DNA from: Acidobacteriota bacterium
GTDB taxonomy: Bacteria; Acidobacteriota; Terriglobia; Acidiferrales; UBA7541
Assembly: GCA_003224105.1 (NCBI GenBank)
Contig: QHYL01000409.1
Location: 1 to 43,856, forward strand
Length of the DNA stretch: 43,856 nt
Direction of reading: 5' to 3'
Positions 8,278 through 16,492 of this stretch are shown here, piece after piece; positions within the stretch are counted from its first letter, which is position 1; each line of letters starts with the position of its first letter. The notes below the pieces were generated by a model, which saw nothing but the letters and a program-made list of their open reading frames with translations, did no database searches and was not told the DNA's origin. Both the position numbers and the translations under genes were made by a program.

Positions 8278-10219
8278 AAGAAGAAGTCACCCCAAAGTTT
8301 TTGACAAATTGGTCCACGACGAGCTGAGCTGAGAGGATCCCGACGAACCCCATGTTGTCCCTTACCCCAATGGCGCGGCCCTTCCGGAACTTTTCGACCA
8401 GGCGTTCCACGGCCAGGGGATCGAATAGCCCGTCTTGCCGAATTCGAACCGGTGACAGCAGAGCGTCAACATATTCGTGCCTTATTCCCTGAAAGAAACT
8501 CTTTCCATCTGGCGCGCGGTACGGCTGCTTGTGCCTTTTGCTGATACTCGATGGAACCAATCCGCCGGCGCAGCGCTTCAGAAGATACTTTTCGTTGAGG
8601 ACTTTCATTTTCAAGGATGGGGGAATCCTTGAAGCAAATTCGACGACGCGGTAATCCAGGAAGGGAAATCTTCCTTCTACCGAGTGAGCCATGGCGACGC
8701 GATCTCCCTGCGAAGAGAGAATGTAACCGGGCAGGAGATACGCGGATTCCAGATACTGGGCCTGGCAAAAGCCGTCCCACGCGAAATAGCCAGGGGGGAG
8801 AGCCATCCGAAGAATATCCGAGGCATCCCGCGACCCTATTTGCGATTTGACTTCGGCCGAGAAGAACATCTTCAACTTGGACGTCATCTGCCACCTTGGG
8901 AGATGGGAGAAAAACTCGCTGTTTTGGTCCTGTGGCCGTGCCCCGAAGAAGGCGCTCAGGTAGGCATCGGGCTGTCTTTGCATTGCTTGTTGATACGGAT
9001 ACAGCCTTCTATACAACAATGGCCTAAAGCTGGAATCGGGCTGCGCGGCGCAAAACGTGCGAATTTTGGCCTCTTTGAAGATATCGTAGCCACCGAACAT
9101 TTCGTCTGCGCCTTCGCCCGTGAGCACGACTCTGTAGCCATGGTTTCTAACGAGCTCAGAAAGAATGTAGAGAGGTGCAGGGGCTGTTCGAAGGATCGGC
9201 TTCTCGGTGTGCCAGATGACTGAGGGAAAAGCGCCGGCAATCTCACTGTAATCGCATTGCACTTCGTGATGGTCGGTATCGAGAAAGCGAGCTACTTCGT
9301 TTTGATAGCTACCCTCATCAAATTCCGGGTCATCAAACGCGACGGAGAATGTCTTCAGACGGGCATTTGTGAATTTCCTGATCAGAGCTGTAATAAGCGA
9401 TGAGTCCAATCCTCCGCTGAGATAGGCTCCCACCGGAACATCGGAACGAAGCCGAATCCGCGTGGCGTCGATAAGGAGATCCAACAAGTCGCTGGCATAG
9501 CGTTCCTCTGTGGCAGCGCCATCAGCTACGCTCTCGGCGGCGGGGGGAAAGTCGAGAGCCCAGTATTTCTTCAAGGAGACTTGCTTGTTTTGGACGGTCA
9601 GAAAGTGCCCGGGCGGCAGCTCCAGGATGTTCTTGAAGATTGTATGTGGAGGGACGGTGACCCAAAACGTAAAGATTTGGTCGAGAGCAACCGGATCGAT
9701 TTCCCTGAACACGCTCGGAACTGCAAAAATGGATTTGATTTCGGAGCCAAAGAGGAAAGCTCCGTTAGCAAGCGTGTAAAAAAGCGGCCTGACGCCAAGC
9801 CGGTCGCGGGAAAGAAAAAGGCTTTCCTTCTTGCTATCCCAAATAGCAAACGCCCACTGGCCATTAAGGTCGTGGACGCATTCCTCGCCCTTTTGCTCAT
9901 AAAGGCGCAGAAGAACCTCTGTGTCCGACTGCGTCTTGAACCTGACCCCTTTTTTGATCAAATCATTCTTCAATTCGATGTAATTGAAAATCTCTCCATT
10001 GAACACGATGGAAAGCGACTTGTCTTCGTTGTGCATCGGCTGCTTGCCAGATGCCAGGTCAATGATGCTGAGACGCGTGTGAGCCAGTCCTGCGGCCTTG
10101 TCCGTGTAGACGCTCAAGTCGTCTGGCCCTCTGTGCCTAAGCTGCCCGGCCATGCGCACGAGATGATCGGGATCTACGCGTTGTCCGTCGAGGTTCAGGA
10201 TTCCTGCTATGCCACACAT
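8237..10219 (-). CDS. asnB: Asparagine synthase (glutamine-hydrolysing)-like amidotransferase, copy 3
   Basis: MCGIAG Ntn cysteine, HRGPD, FNGEIFNY, RDRLG, LSGGLDSS, LTGEGADE, E.RFPFLD; C-terminus overlaps the ACP gene by 41 nt. Confidence 0.95.
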   Translation of the reverse strand: MCGIAGILNLDGQRVDPDHLVRMAGQLRHRGPDDLSVYTDKAAGLAHTRLSIIDLASGKQPMHNEDKSLSIVFNGEIFNYIELKNDLIKKGVRFKTQSDTEVLLRLYEQKGEECVHDLNGQWAFAIWDSKKESLFLSRDRLGVRPLFYTLANGAFLFGSEIKSIFAVPSVFREIDPVALDQIFTFWVTVPPHTIFKNILELPPGHFLTVQNKQVSLKKYWALDFPPAAESVADGAATEERYASDLLDLLIDATRIRLRSDVPVGAYLSGGLDSSLITALIRKFTNARLKTFSVAFDDPEFDEGSYQNEVARFLDTDHHEVQCDYSEIAGAFPSVIWHTEKPILRTAPAPLYILSELVRNHGYRVVLTGEGADEMFGGYDIFKEAKIRTFCAAQPDSSFRPLLYRRLYPYQQAMQRQPDAYLSAFFGARPQDQNSEFFSHLPRWQMTSKLKMFFSAEVKSQIGSRDASDILRMALPPGYFAWDGFCQAQYLESAYLLPGYILSSQGDRVAMAHSVEGRFPFLDYRVVEFASRIPPSLKMKVLNEKYLLKRCAGGLVPSSISKRHKQPYRAPDGKSFFQGIRHEYVDALLSPVRIRQDGLFDPLAVERLVEKFRKGRAIGVRDNMGFVGILSAQLVVDQFVKNFGVTSSYAEYPAGTAAVCH

Positions 10220-10259
10220 GGGTTCATCTCATTTTGGCGTGTTAGGTCGGATGGATGCC

Positions 10260-12095
10260 TTAGTTCAAACGAGCTTCATGGTCGGCACCAACGCCAACGG
10301 GATCACCGATGGACCCATCGGCCTGGCCTCTTTTTTCGCGGGACCGGCGCGCAACCAAGGTGTCTTCAAGGAACAAAAACTCGATCCCCGTATTCAGGAA
10401 AGTTTCGATGGCTTCTCGAGGAGTATTGACGATGGGCTGGCCTTTTACATTGAAACTTGTATTCAAGACCATCTCGCGTCCGGTGGTTTTTCCAACCGCC
10501 TCCAAAAGAGCGTGAAACTCTCGGTTGTCAGACGGAGAAACGGTTTGGACTCTTGCGGACCCGTCCACGTGAGTGATCGCTGGCAAGCCGCTGCGATGCT
10601 CCCGGCGGACGTCTACGGTCGTAATCATGTAGGGAAATTCGGCGTGCGCCGGGACGTCAAACCATTTGTCGACTTCGCGCAGGGTGACGGCAGGGGCAAA
10701 GGGGCGGAAAGCCTCACGCATTTTCACCATGGCATTAATGCGATCGCGCATTTCTGGATGTCCTGGATCGGCCACGATGCTGCGATGCCCCAGGGCCCGC
10801 GGGCCAAATTCCATGCGGCCGCGATACCAGCCAACTACGCGGCCATTCGCAATCAAACGGGCTGCGTGCGCGCATGTGTCCGAGAGATTCGCGAAAGAGT
10901 GGACTTCGGTGCGACTGTCAAATTCTTTGAGGGCTTCTTCTATTTGCGCGTGCGAATAGGCAGGCCCATAGAATGGCCCGGGAATGCGTGTGTTGTGAAC
11001 ACAGCCGTTCTGCGCGGCTCGAAAAGCGGCTGCTCCGAGAGCGGAGCCGTCGTCCCCGGCGGCCGGCTGCACGAAGATTTCGTCAAAAATGCCCGACTGC
11101 ACTAATTTTCCGTTGGCTGTGCAATTGAGGGCGACACCGCCGGCAAGAGCAAGACGGCGCAACCCGGTGCGCGCCCCGAAATGCTTGCAGATGTGAAGCA
11201 TGACGCGGTCGAGACACTCCTGGAGAGATGCAGCAACGTCGCGATGCTCGTCCCGTATCTCCTCGTTTGGATGGCGTGGCTTGATCAAATGCTCGGTGAG
11301 GCATTTTCGCGTAGCGAGGTGATTTTCGCGTTCGTCGCGCGTGCGGTTCATACGAAGAAGCGGGATTCGAACGGTCCCATCTTCGCAGAGCTCGACGGCT
11401 TGCTCGAAGAACGAGCGAAAGCGCGCAGGGTTACCGTAGGGCGCCAAACCCATGATCTTGTACTCGTCTGCGTTGAAGTCGAATCCAAGATGCAAAGTTA
11501 CTGTGGAATAGAGAATGCCGATGGAATCACGGGCCGGCATTTCTTTCAGCCTTTCCAGTTGTCCGTTGCGGGCATGATAGATCGTGGCGCTCTGCATCTC
11601 TCCCATGCCGTCAACGACGAAAACCAAGCACTCTTCCCAACCCGAGCAAAAATAAGCGCTTGCCGCATGAGCCAAGTGATGATCGACGTGGCGGACCCGG
11701 TCCGCGGCGTAGCCATCCAAATAGCGAGCGACCTGTGCACGAACAGCTTCACGGGAGTAGACATCTCTGAAGAGAGCGGCCGTGACTGGGTCAAAACTGT
11801 AGACCGCGCGATGCGGGGCGAAGTCGAACGAGTGGGCAATCTCGTCCACGTCGCTTAATGCAATACCTCCTTCAGCAAGACAGTACGAAATCGCGCCGAT
11901 GGGGAAGTCACCGGTGTGCTTTTTTCTGCTGAATCGTTCTTCAGCCGCTGCGGCGATGAGTTTGCCCTCAATAAAGAGTGCAGCCGCAGAGTCATGCCCC
12001 TGCGATATGCGATATTCGCGCTCTTCCAAATTCGGCCAGTGCGCCTTTTTGAAGGGTATGGCCCCTTCGAAACCGCTAATTCCAAGGATGATCAA
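10260..12095 (-). CDS. O-carbamoyltransferase (CmcH/NodU/TobZ family)
   Basis: GHDSAAAL, EERFSRKKH, HHLAHAASA, VDGMGE, EYKIMGLAPYG, AGGVALNC, EFGPRALGHRS, FRPFAP, THVDGSARVQTV, LNTSFN; TTG start. Confidence 0.95.
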   Translation of the reverse strand: MIILGISGFEGAIPFKKAHWPNLEEREYRISQGHDSAAALFIEGKLIAAAAEERFSRKKHTGDFPIGAISYCLAEGGIALSDVDEIAHSFDFAPHRAVYSFDPVTAALFRDVYSREAVRAQVARYLDGYAADRVRHVDHHLAHAASAYFCSGWEECLVFVVDGMGEMQSATIYHARNGQLERLKEMPARDSIGILYSTVTLHLGFDFNADEYKIMGLAPYGNPARFRSFFEQAVELCEDGTVRIPLLRMNRTRDERENHLATRKCLTEHLIKPRHPNEEIRDEHRDVAASLQECLDRVMLHICKHFGARTGLRRLALAGGVALNCTANGKLVQSGIFDEIFVQPAAGDDGSALGAAAFRAAQNGCVHNTRIPGPFYGPAYSHAQIEEALKEFDSRTEVHSFANLSDTCAHAARLIANGRVVGWYRGRMEFGPRALGHRSIVADPGHPEMRDRINAMVKMREAFRPFAPAVTLREVDKWFDVPAHAEFPYMITTVDVRREHRSGLPAITHVDGSARVQTVSPSDNREFHALLEAVGKTTGREMVLNTSFNVKGQPIVNTPREAIETFLNTGIEFLFLEDTLVARRSREKRGQADGSIGDPVGVGADHEARLN

Positions 12096-12119
12096 GGGAA
12101 TAAACTCCGATATGGCTGA

Positions 12120-13370
12120 TTAGCCGCCCTGCAAACGCATCCACCATTCGCCCTCCAAGCGGGTCAGGAAAGCGTCACCGCGCTGAATCACCTCGCGCAG
12201 GTCCGCGTGCCGGGAATGCACCAGCATCCGAGGGCCACTGAAACTAAAAAGGCAGCGTTCCTCAGAAAAAGCCGTGGCAAATTCCGGATCCATGCGCCCG
12301 GAAACTGCGAAGGAACCGGACCGCCAGGCATGGAAGAAAAGCTGATCCAGAACGCGGCGAATGGAATTCCTGGTGGCTACAAGCTGCAAAACCTGGCTGA
12401 TACCGTTCGGATTGAGGTAGTACATGTACCAGCCAACAATCTGCCCAGCCTCGTTTCGAACCAACGCTTTGCGCAATTTGCCATGCCATTGTTTCTCGCT
12501 GGCCTGCTGCAAAAGCCAGCGTAAAGATGATTCATCGTAGTCGGGGCAGAGCGATTTCGTGACTGCGAATCGCGGCAAGTGCTCGAGCAATGTCTCGCAT
12601 GAGAAGTCCTCTTCCGGCGATTGCTCTGACTGGTGAAACGGGCTCTTGTGTCTGCGTGCCACAAAAAAATCCGCTAGTGCGGAAAGTGGCCGAACACACA
12701 ATCGCGTGGCAGAAGAGAGTCCGCGGTCTTCCCAACGATCTAGAAAATAGCGGGCGGGGCGCAAAAGTCTTGTCCAATGAACACCGTAGGGAAAGGCCGT
12801 CAAACCTCCCAGACCTTCCCAGATCCTCCTGCTTGCGTCGTTTGCGCCATCCGTGAAGGACAAATCTTGCGGCCCGGCGAAGAAAGTCCTTTGGAGTTCA
12901 ACTGCAGCGAGGCGATTGCGGACGGAAGGATCCACCATGAACTGGCTGGAGACAACCGCGCGGATCGGCCGACCCTGCATCCGCATTCGACGCGGTATGA
13001 CACCGTAGAAACCACAAATCTTTTCTCCTTGTTCTTGATAAACCAAAGAAGGAAGATCCGCGTCGTACCAAGGATTTTCAAAGAAGAGGAGCCGAAAATG
13101 GATTTCGAGTTCGCTGGAGGAAAAGGGATTTCCAGGAAATACTCTTTTGTGCAAATCAACGACTTCTGGAATATCTTTGGGCGAAAAAGGCCGAATTCTC
13201 GTCGCAACGGCATAAGCGGCGGGCCCACAATCCGTCTTCGTTAACATTGCTGGACTTTTTGTCACACTGCAATGGGGAGAAGCCAGCCCGCTCGAGGTCG
13301 AGGGCGCTGGGCTCCTACTGTTAGTTCGGCTAGTAAGTTTGCGCAAGGCTAGTTGGCGACGATATGGCAT
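12120..13370 (-). CDS. GNAT-fold acyltransferase (possibly two-domain); true start may be ATG at 13247
   Basis: IRPF...DIPEVVDL start, ICGFYGVIP strand, QFMVDPSVRNR acyl-donor loop, ANDASRRIW..LG; first ~40 aa are low-complexity. Confidence 0.7.
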   Translation of the reverse strand: MPYRRQLALRKLTSRTNSRSPAPSTSSGLASPHCSVTKSPAMLTKTDCGPAAYAVATRIRPFSPKDIPEVVDLHKRVFPGNPFSSSELEIHFRLLFFENPWYDADLPSLVYQEQGEKICGFYGVIPRRMRMQGRPIRAVVSSQFMVDPSVRNRLAAVELQRTFFAGPQDLSFTDGANDASRRIWEGLGGLTAFPYGVHWTRLLRPARYFLDRWEDRGLSSATRLCVRPLSALADFFVARRHKSPFHQSEQSPEEDFSCETLLEHLPRFAVTKSLCPDYDESSLRWLLQQASEKQWHGKLRKALVRNEAGQIVGWYMYYLNPNGISQVLQLVATRNSIRRVLDQLFFHAWRSGSFAVSGRMDPEFATAFSEERCLFSFSGPRMLVHSRHADLREVIQRGDAFLTRLEGEWWMRLQGG

Positions 13371-13397
13371 TGAGTCCGGGGACTGTGGCCGATGCTC

Positions 13398-13661
13398 TTA
13401 ATGGCCGTTCTGCAACGCAAGATGGCAAAGACTTTTCACTACGGTGAACTCTTCTGGATTTACATCAAGCAAGTCGAGCTTTTCCTGGGTGCAATTCTCG
13501 ATAAATAAAACAAGATCGACGAAGGCAAAGGAATCCAAGAGGCCGCTTTCCAAGAGATTGGTGCTCTCAGAAATCTCCGTATGGCTGGCGCCATTGAGGC
13601 CATTCTGCTTGACCCAGCCAATCACCTGTTGGATGAGTTCCTGTTCGGCAACTGGTTTCAC
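13398..13661 (-). CDS. Carrier protein (DltC/ACP-like)
   Basis: 87 aa acidic protein, LLESGLLDSFAFVDLV Ppant motif; GTG start overlaps the stop of the adenylation gene (GTGA). Confidence 0.88.
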   Translation of the reverse strand: MKPVAEQELIQQVIGWVKQNGLNGASHTEISESTNLLESGLLDSFAFVDLVLFIENCTQEKLDLLDVNPEEFTVVKSLCHLALQNGH

Positions 13662-15268
13662 GCGACACCTTCGAGTAGACTCGACAGCTTTCCGCGGTCG
13701 ATCTTTTGATTTACGTTTAATGGCAACGAATCAACGAGGTAAATTTTCCGGGGAACCATGTAGTCGGGCAAGAGATTGCCGCAGCTTGCCAGAATGCGAG
13801 CCTCATCGAGGGTCTTGATGCCGGAGACGAAGGCAACAACGCCTTCGGCGCTGCCATTATGGACCGGCCAGGGAACCGAAACGACCTGGTCGGTGCCGCA
13901 GGCGCGACGTAGCACAGCCTCAATCTCCTGTAACTCGACGCGGTAACCGCGGATTTTGACCTGGTGATCCATCCGGCCGAGATAATGAAGATTACCGGAC
14001 TCATCTTGCTTGACGAGATCGCCGGTGCGATACCACAAGCGATCATCCGCGCCTGGCAAACGCACAAACTGCTGCTGAGTTTTTTCGAGATTATGCCAGT
14101 AACCTGTGGCAACTTGCGATCCGGAAAGGCAGAGCTCACCGGCGTCTCCGAGTGGGACGCTTTTTCCATGGGAATCTGTTACGGAGAATTGCTGGCCCTC
14201 GAAAATTTGACCAATGGGAACGAGGCCGTTTGAGCACTCCTGAAAAGACTTTTGCGAATCCCAGCGATAATGAGCGATGGCGATGGTAGCTTCTGTCGGT
14301 CCGTAGAGATTCTCAACGATGGAGTCTGGGGCAGCTGCCTGCCAGGACCGTGCATAAGACGCCGGCAGAGGCTCACCGCAAAACAGGCTGAAGCGCAGAG
14401 AAGGGAAGCAGCGCGGAGAGAGCAACCGCATTTTGGACAGGAGACCGGCCACCGATGGCACGGAAAACCACATCGTCAGCTCATGATCACGAATGAATTT
14501 GGCCGGGGCCATGATGGAATTGTCGGGAACGCAGTACAAACACGCTCCGCGTTCCCAACACACAAACATGTCGTGTGCGCTCAAATCAAATGTAAGATCA
14601 AATTGTTGAGAAAAGCGGTCGTGTTCACTTACGTTGTAGCGCTGGCAGATGTAGTTAACGTATGACCGCACATTGCCTTGGCTGATCGGAACTCCTTTGG
14701 GTATGCCGGTGCTGCCAGACGTGAACAAGAGATAGGCGAAAGAAGCAGGAGTGGAGTTTTCTTCAAAGGAGAAGTCTTCTCTGCTTGGCAATTGGTCGGC
14801 GAATAGGAAACGATGATGCGGATTCCGGGATGGCAGTTCTGCCAGCGATGCTACTTCAGGCAGAATGATAACCAGGGGCCGGTCCGCCGCTTTCAACAGG
14901 CCAGACAACTGGGGGAGGCATTCTTTACCGATGATGAGAACCGTGCAGTCGGATAGAGCGAGCATTTGGAGAGTTCGCTCCAGAGGGAACTTTGGATTGA
15001 GAGGCACGTACCCTTTGCTGGCTGCGAGCGAGCCGAGAACGCCTGCGTAAGCTGTTTTGCTGCGATACGCCAAAACAGCGACGAGTGAGAATGATTCCTG
15101 GTCGCTCCGCAGAGTGCGAATGGCCGAAGCAATCTTGCAGACGATCCTGCGGAGGTTTGCATAGCTTAGAGACTCGCCGTCTACAAAAAGTGCGGGACGC
15201 TGGGGGAAGCCCTCAGCGGATTCAAGGAAGCCGCGGAAGAGGCTTCGAAAAGATCTTTGTGGCATCAT
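13658..15268 (-). CDS. Stand-alone amino acid adenylation enzyme, DltA-like
   Basis: FTSGSTGIPKG, TFDLS, WFSVPS, LFCGE, NLYGPTEATIA, YRTGD, GRMDHQVKIRGYRVELQEIE, LPDYMVP, LPLNVNQKIDR. Confidence 0.92.
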   Translation of the reverse strand: MMPQRSFRSLFRGFLESAEGFPQRPALFVDGESLSYANLRRIVCKIASAIRTLRSDQESFSLVAVLAYRSKTAYAGVLGSLAASKGYVPLNPKFPLERTLQMLALSDCTVLIIGKECLPQLSGLLKAADRPLVIILPEVASLAELPSRNPHHRFLFADQLPSREDFSFEENSTPASFAYLLFTSGSTGIPKGVPISQGNVRSYVNYICQRYNVSEHDRFSQQFDLTFDLSAHDMFVCWERGACLYCVPDNSIMAPAKFIRDHELTMWFSVPSVAGLLSKMRLLSPRCFPSLRFSLFCGEPLPASYARSWQAAAPDSIVENLYGPTEATIAIAHYRWDSQKSFQECSNGLVPIGQIFEGQQFSVTDSHGKSVPLGDAGELCLSGSQVATGYWHNLEKTQQQFVRLPGADDRLWYRTGDLVKQDESGNLHYLGRMDHQVKIRGYRVELQEIEAVLRRACGTDQVVSVPWPVHNGSAEGVVAFVSGIKTLDEARILASCGNLLPDYMVPRKIYLVDSLPLNVNQKIDRGKLSSLLEGVA

Positions 15269-15340
15269 TGGGGCGATTGGTTTCAGTCCAAGGAGTATTT
15301 GCGGCCTAGTGCAAGTCTGGCCTAAGTCACAAGGGTAGAC

Positions 15341-16447
15341 TCAAGCCAAAATATCGATTCTTTCCAGCGCGCGATCAAACGCGGCACTGGCGTGCTGCAG
15401 CTCCTCTTCGGTGGCGGGGATATCCAGAATGAACGTGCGATATCCCAACGAGATGTACCGAGAGAGTTCGTTGGCGACAGGCTCGTAGCTTCCAACCAAG
15501 TAGGGGCAGAAGGTCTTGTATTGCTCAAAAGGTCTGAGCCAATAAGTACTTCTCATGGCGCGCGTTTTGTTTGCGGTATCCGAGAGTTGCTTGTGCCATA
15601 AGGAATCCGAAACCTTCATGGCGAGCTGATGAGTCAGTTCGCCCTTACGATCTTCCGGGAACCGTTGCTCGGCAACATCCCAGGCTTCATCCTCTGTTTC
15701 TCGAGCAATGATCCCCACGCGAATTCCGGACTTAAAACCACTAGTTGCTGGTTCTGCTTCGCACTCACTGGCTGGCCGCGGGTATTTCACCGCCGTCGCG
15801 CCAAGTTTTCTCGCGGCGTCCAGGCCGGCATCCGACGAGCCGGAGACAAAGATTTCCGGAAGAAGTTCAGGAGGAAGAGCCGGAGTCATTCTCAGCTGGT
15901 CGATCCTATAAGACTCTCCGTGAAAAGTGACTGGAGCGGCACTGGACAAAAGCTGATTGATGATCGTCGCGTATTCAATCAGACGGGCATAGCGCTTGTC
16001 GTGCGGAGTTGTGTCGTTCAATGCGACGAGGTCGTTTTTGAATCCGCCGGCGAGCATGTTCAGGTAAATCCGCCGGTGATGAAGGTACCCAAAGGAAGCC
16101 ACCATCTTTGCAACGGAATAGGGGTGCATGTAAACGGGTTGAATTGCTACCAGGGGGCTTAGTGTCCTTGTGGACTCAACGATGATTTGAGACACAAGCC
16201 AAGGGTCCACGAGCGAGTTGTCTGTGTATACGAGGATTCCCGTGCATCCGCAACGCTCGCTCCAGCGAGCGACCTTTCTGACTTGGCGGACATAGGAATC
16301 CTTGTCGAAGGCGAGGGATTGCGGGCAGGTCGAGAATATCTCAACTGGTCTTTCGACATTGCTGCGCATTACGATGGGCACCTGGGACAAGGGTTTCGCA
16401 CTTGCGAACGGAAGTTCCGACTTCAAGCCTGCTTTGCTTGAGAGCAT
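15341..16447 (-). CDS. Luciferase-like (LLM) flavin-dependent monooxygenase, SsuD-like
   Basis: DPWLV, PLVAIQP...HPYSVAKMVAS, RIYLNMLAGG, FVSGSSDAG, LVGSYE.VA..L..Y..LG pattern; strong RBS AAGGAGG. Confidence 0.88.
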   Translation of the reverse strand: MLSSKAGLKSELPFASAKPLSQVPIVMRSNVERPVEIFSTCPQSLAFDKDSYVRQVRKVARWSERCGCTGILVYTDNSLVDPWLVSQIIVESTRTLSPLVAIQPVYMHPYSVAKMVASFGYLHHRRIYLNMLAGGFKNDLVALNDTTPHDKRYARLIEYATIINQLLSSAAPVTFHGESYRIDQLRMTPALPPELLPEIFVSGSSDAGLDAARKLGATAVKYPRPASECEAEPATSGFKSGIRVGIIARETEDEAWDVAEQRFPEDRKGELTHQLAMKVSDSLWHKQLSDTANKTRAMRSTYWLRPFEQYKTFCPYLVGSYEPVANELSRYISLGYRTFILDIPATEEELQHASAAFDRALERIDILA

Positions 16448-16492
16448 GCTGGCCTCCTTTTCGGCCTTTCATGGTGACGGAGGTTTCAGAAC

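Noticed and set aside
9581-11858. Long plus-strand ORFs (282, 298, 225 aa)
   Set aside because: Fully antisense to asnB and the carbamoyltransferase; expected in GC-rich coding DNA.
5436-16447. Stand-alone NRPS/PKS or lasso peptide cluster
   Set aside because: No C, KS or TE domains, precursor peptide or B protein; the AsnBs retain the glutaminase Cys and the genes are interleaved with EPS genes.
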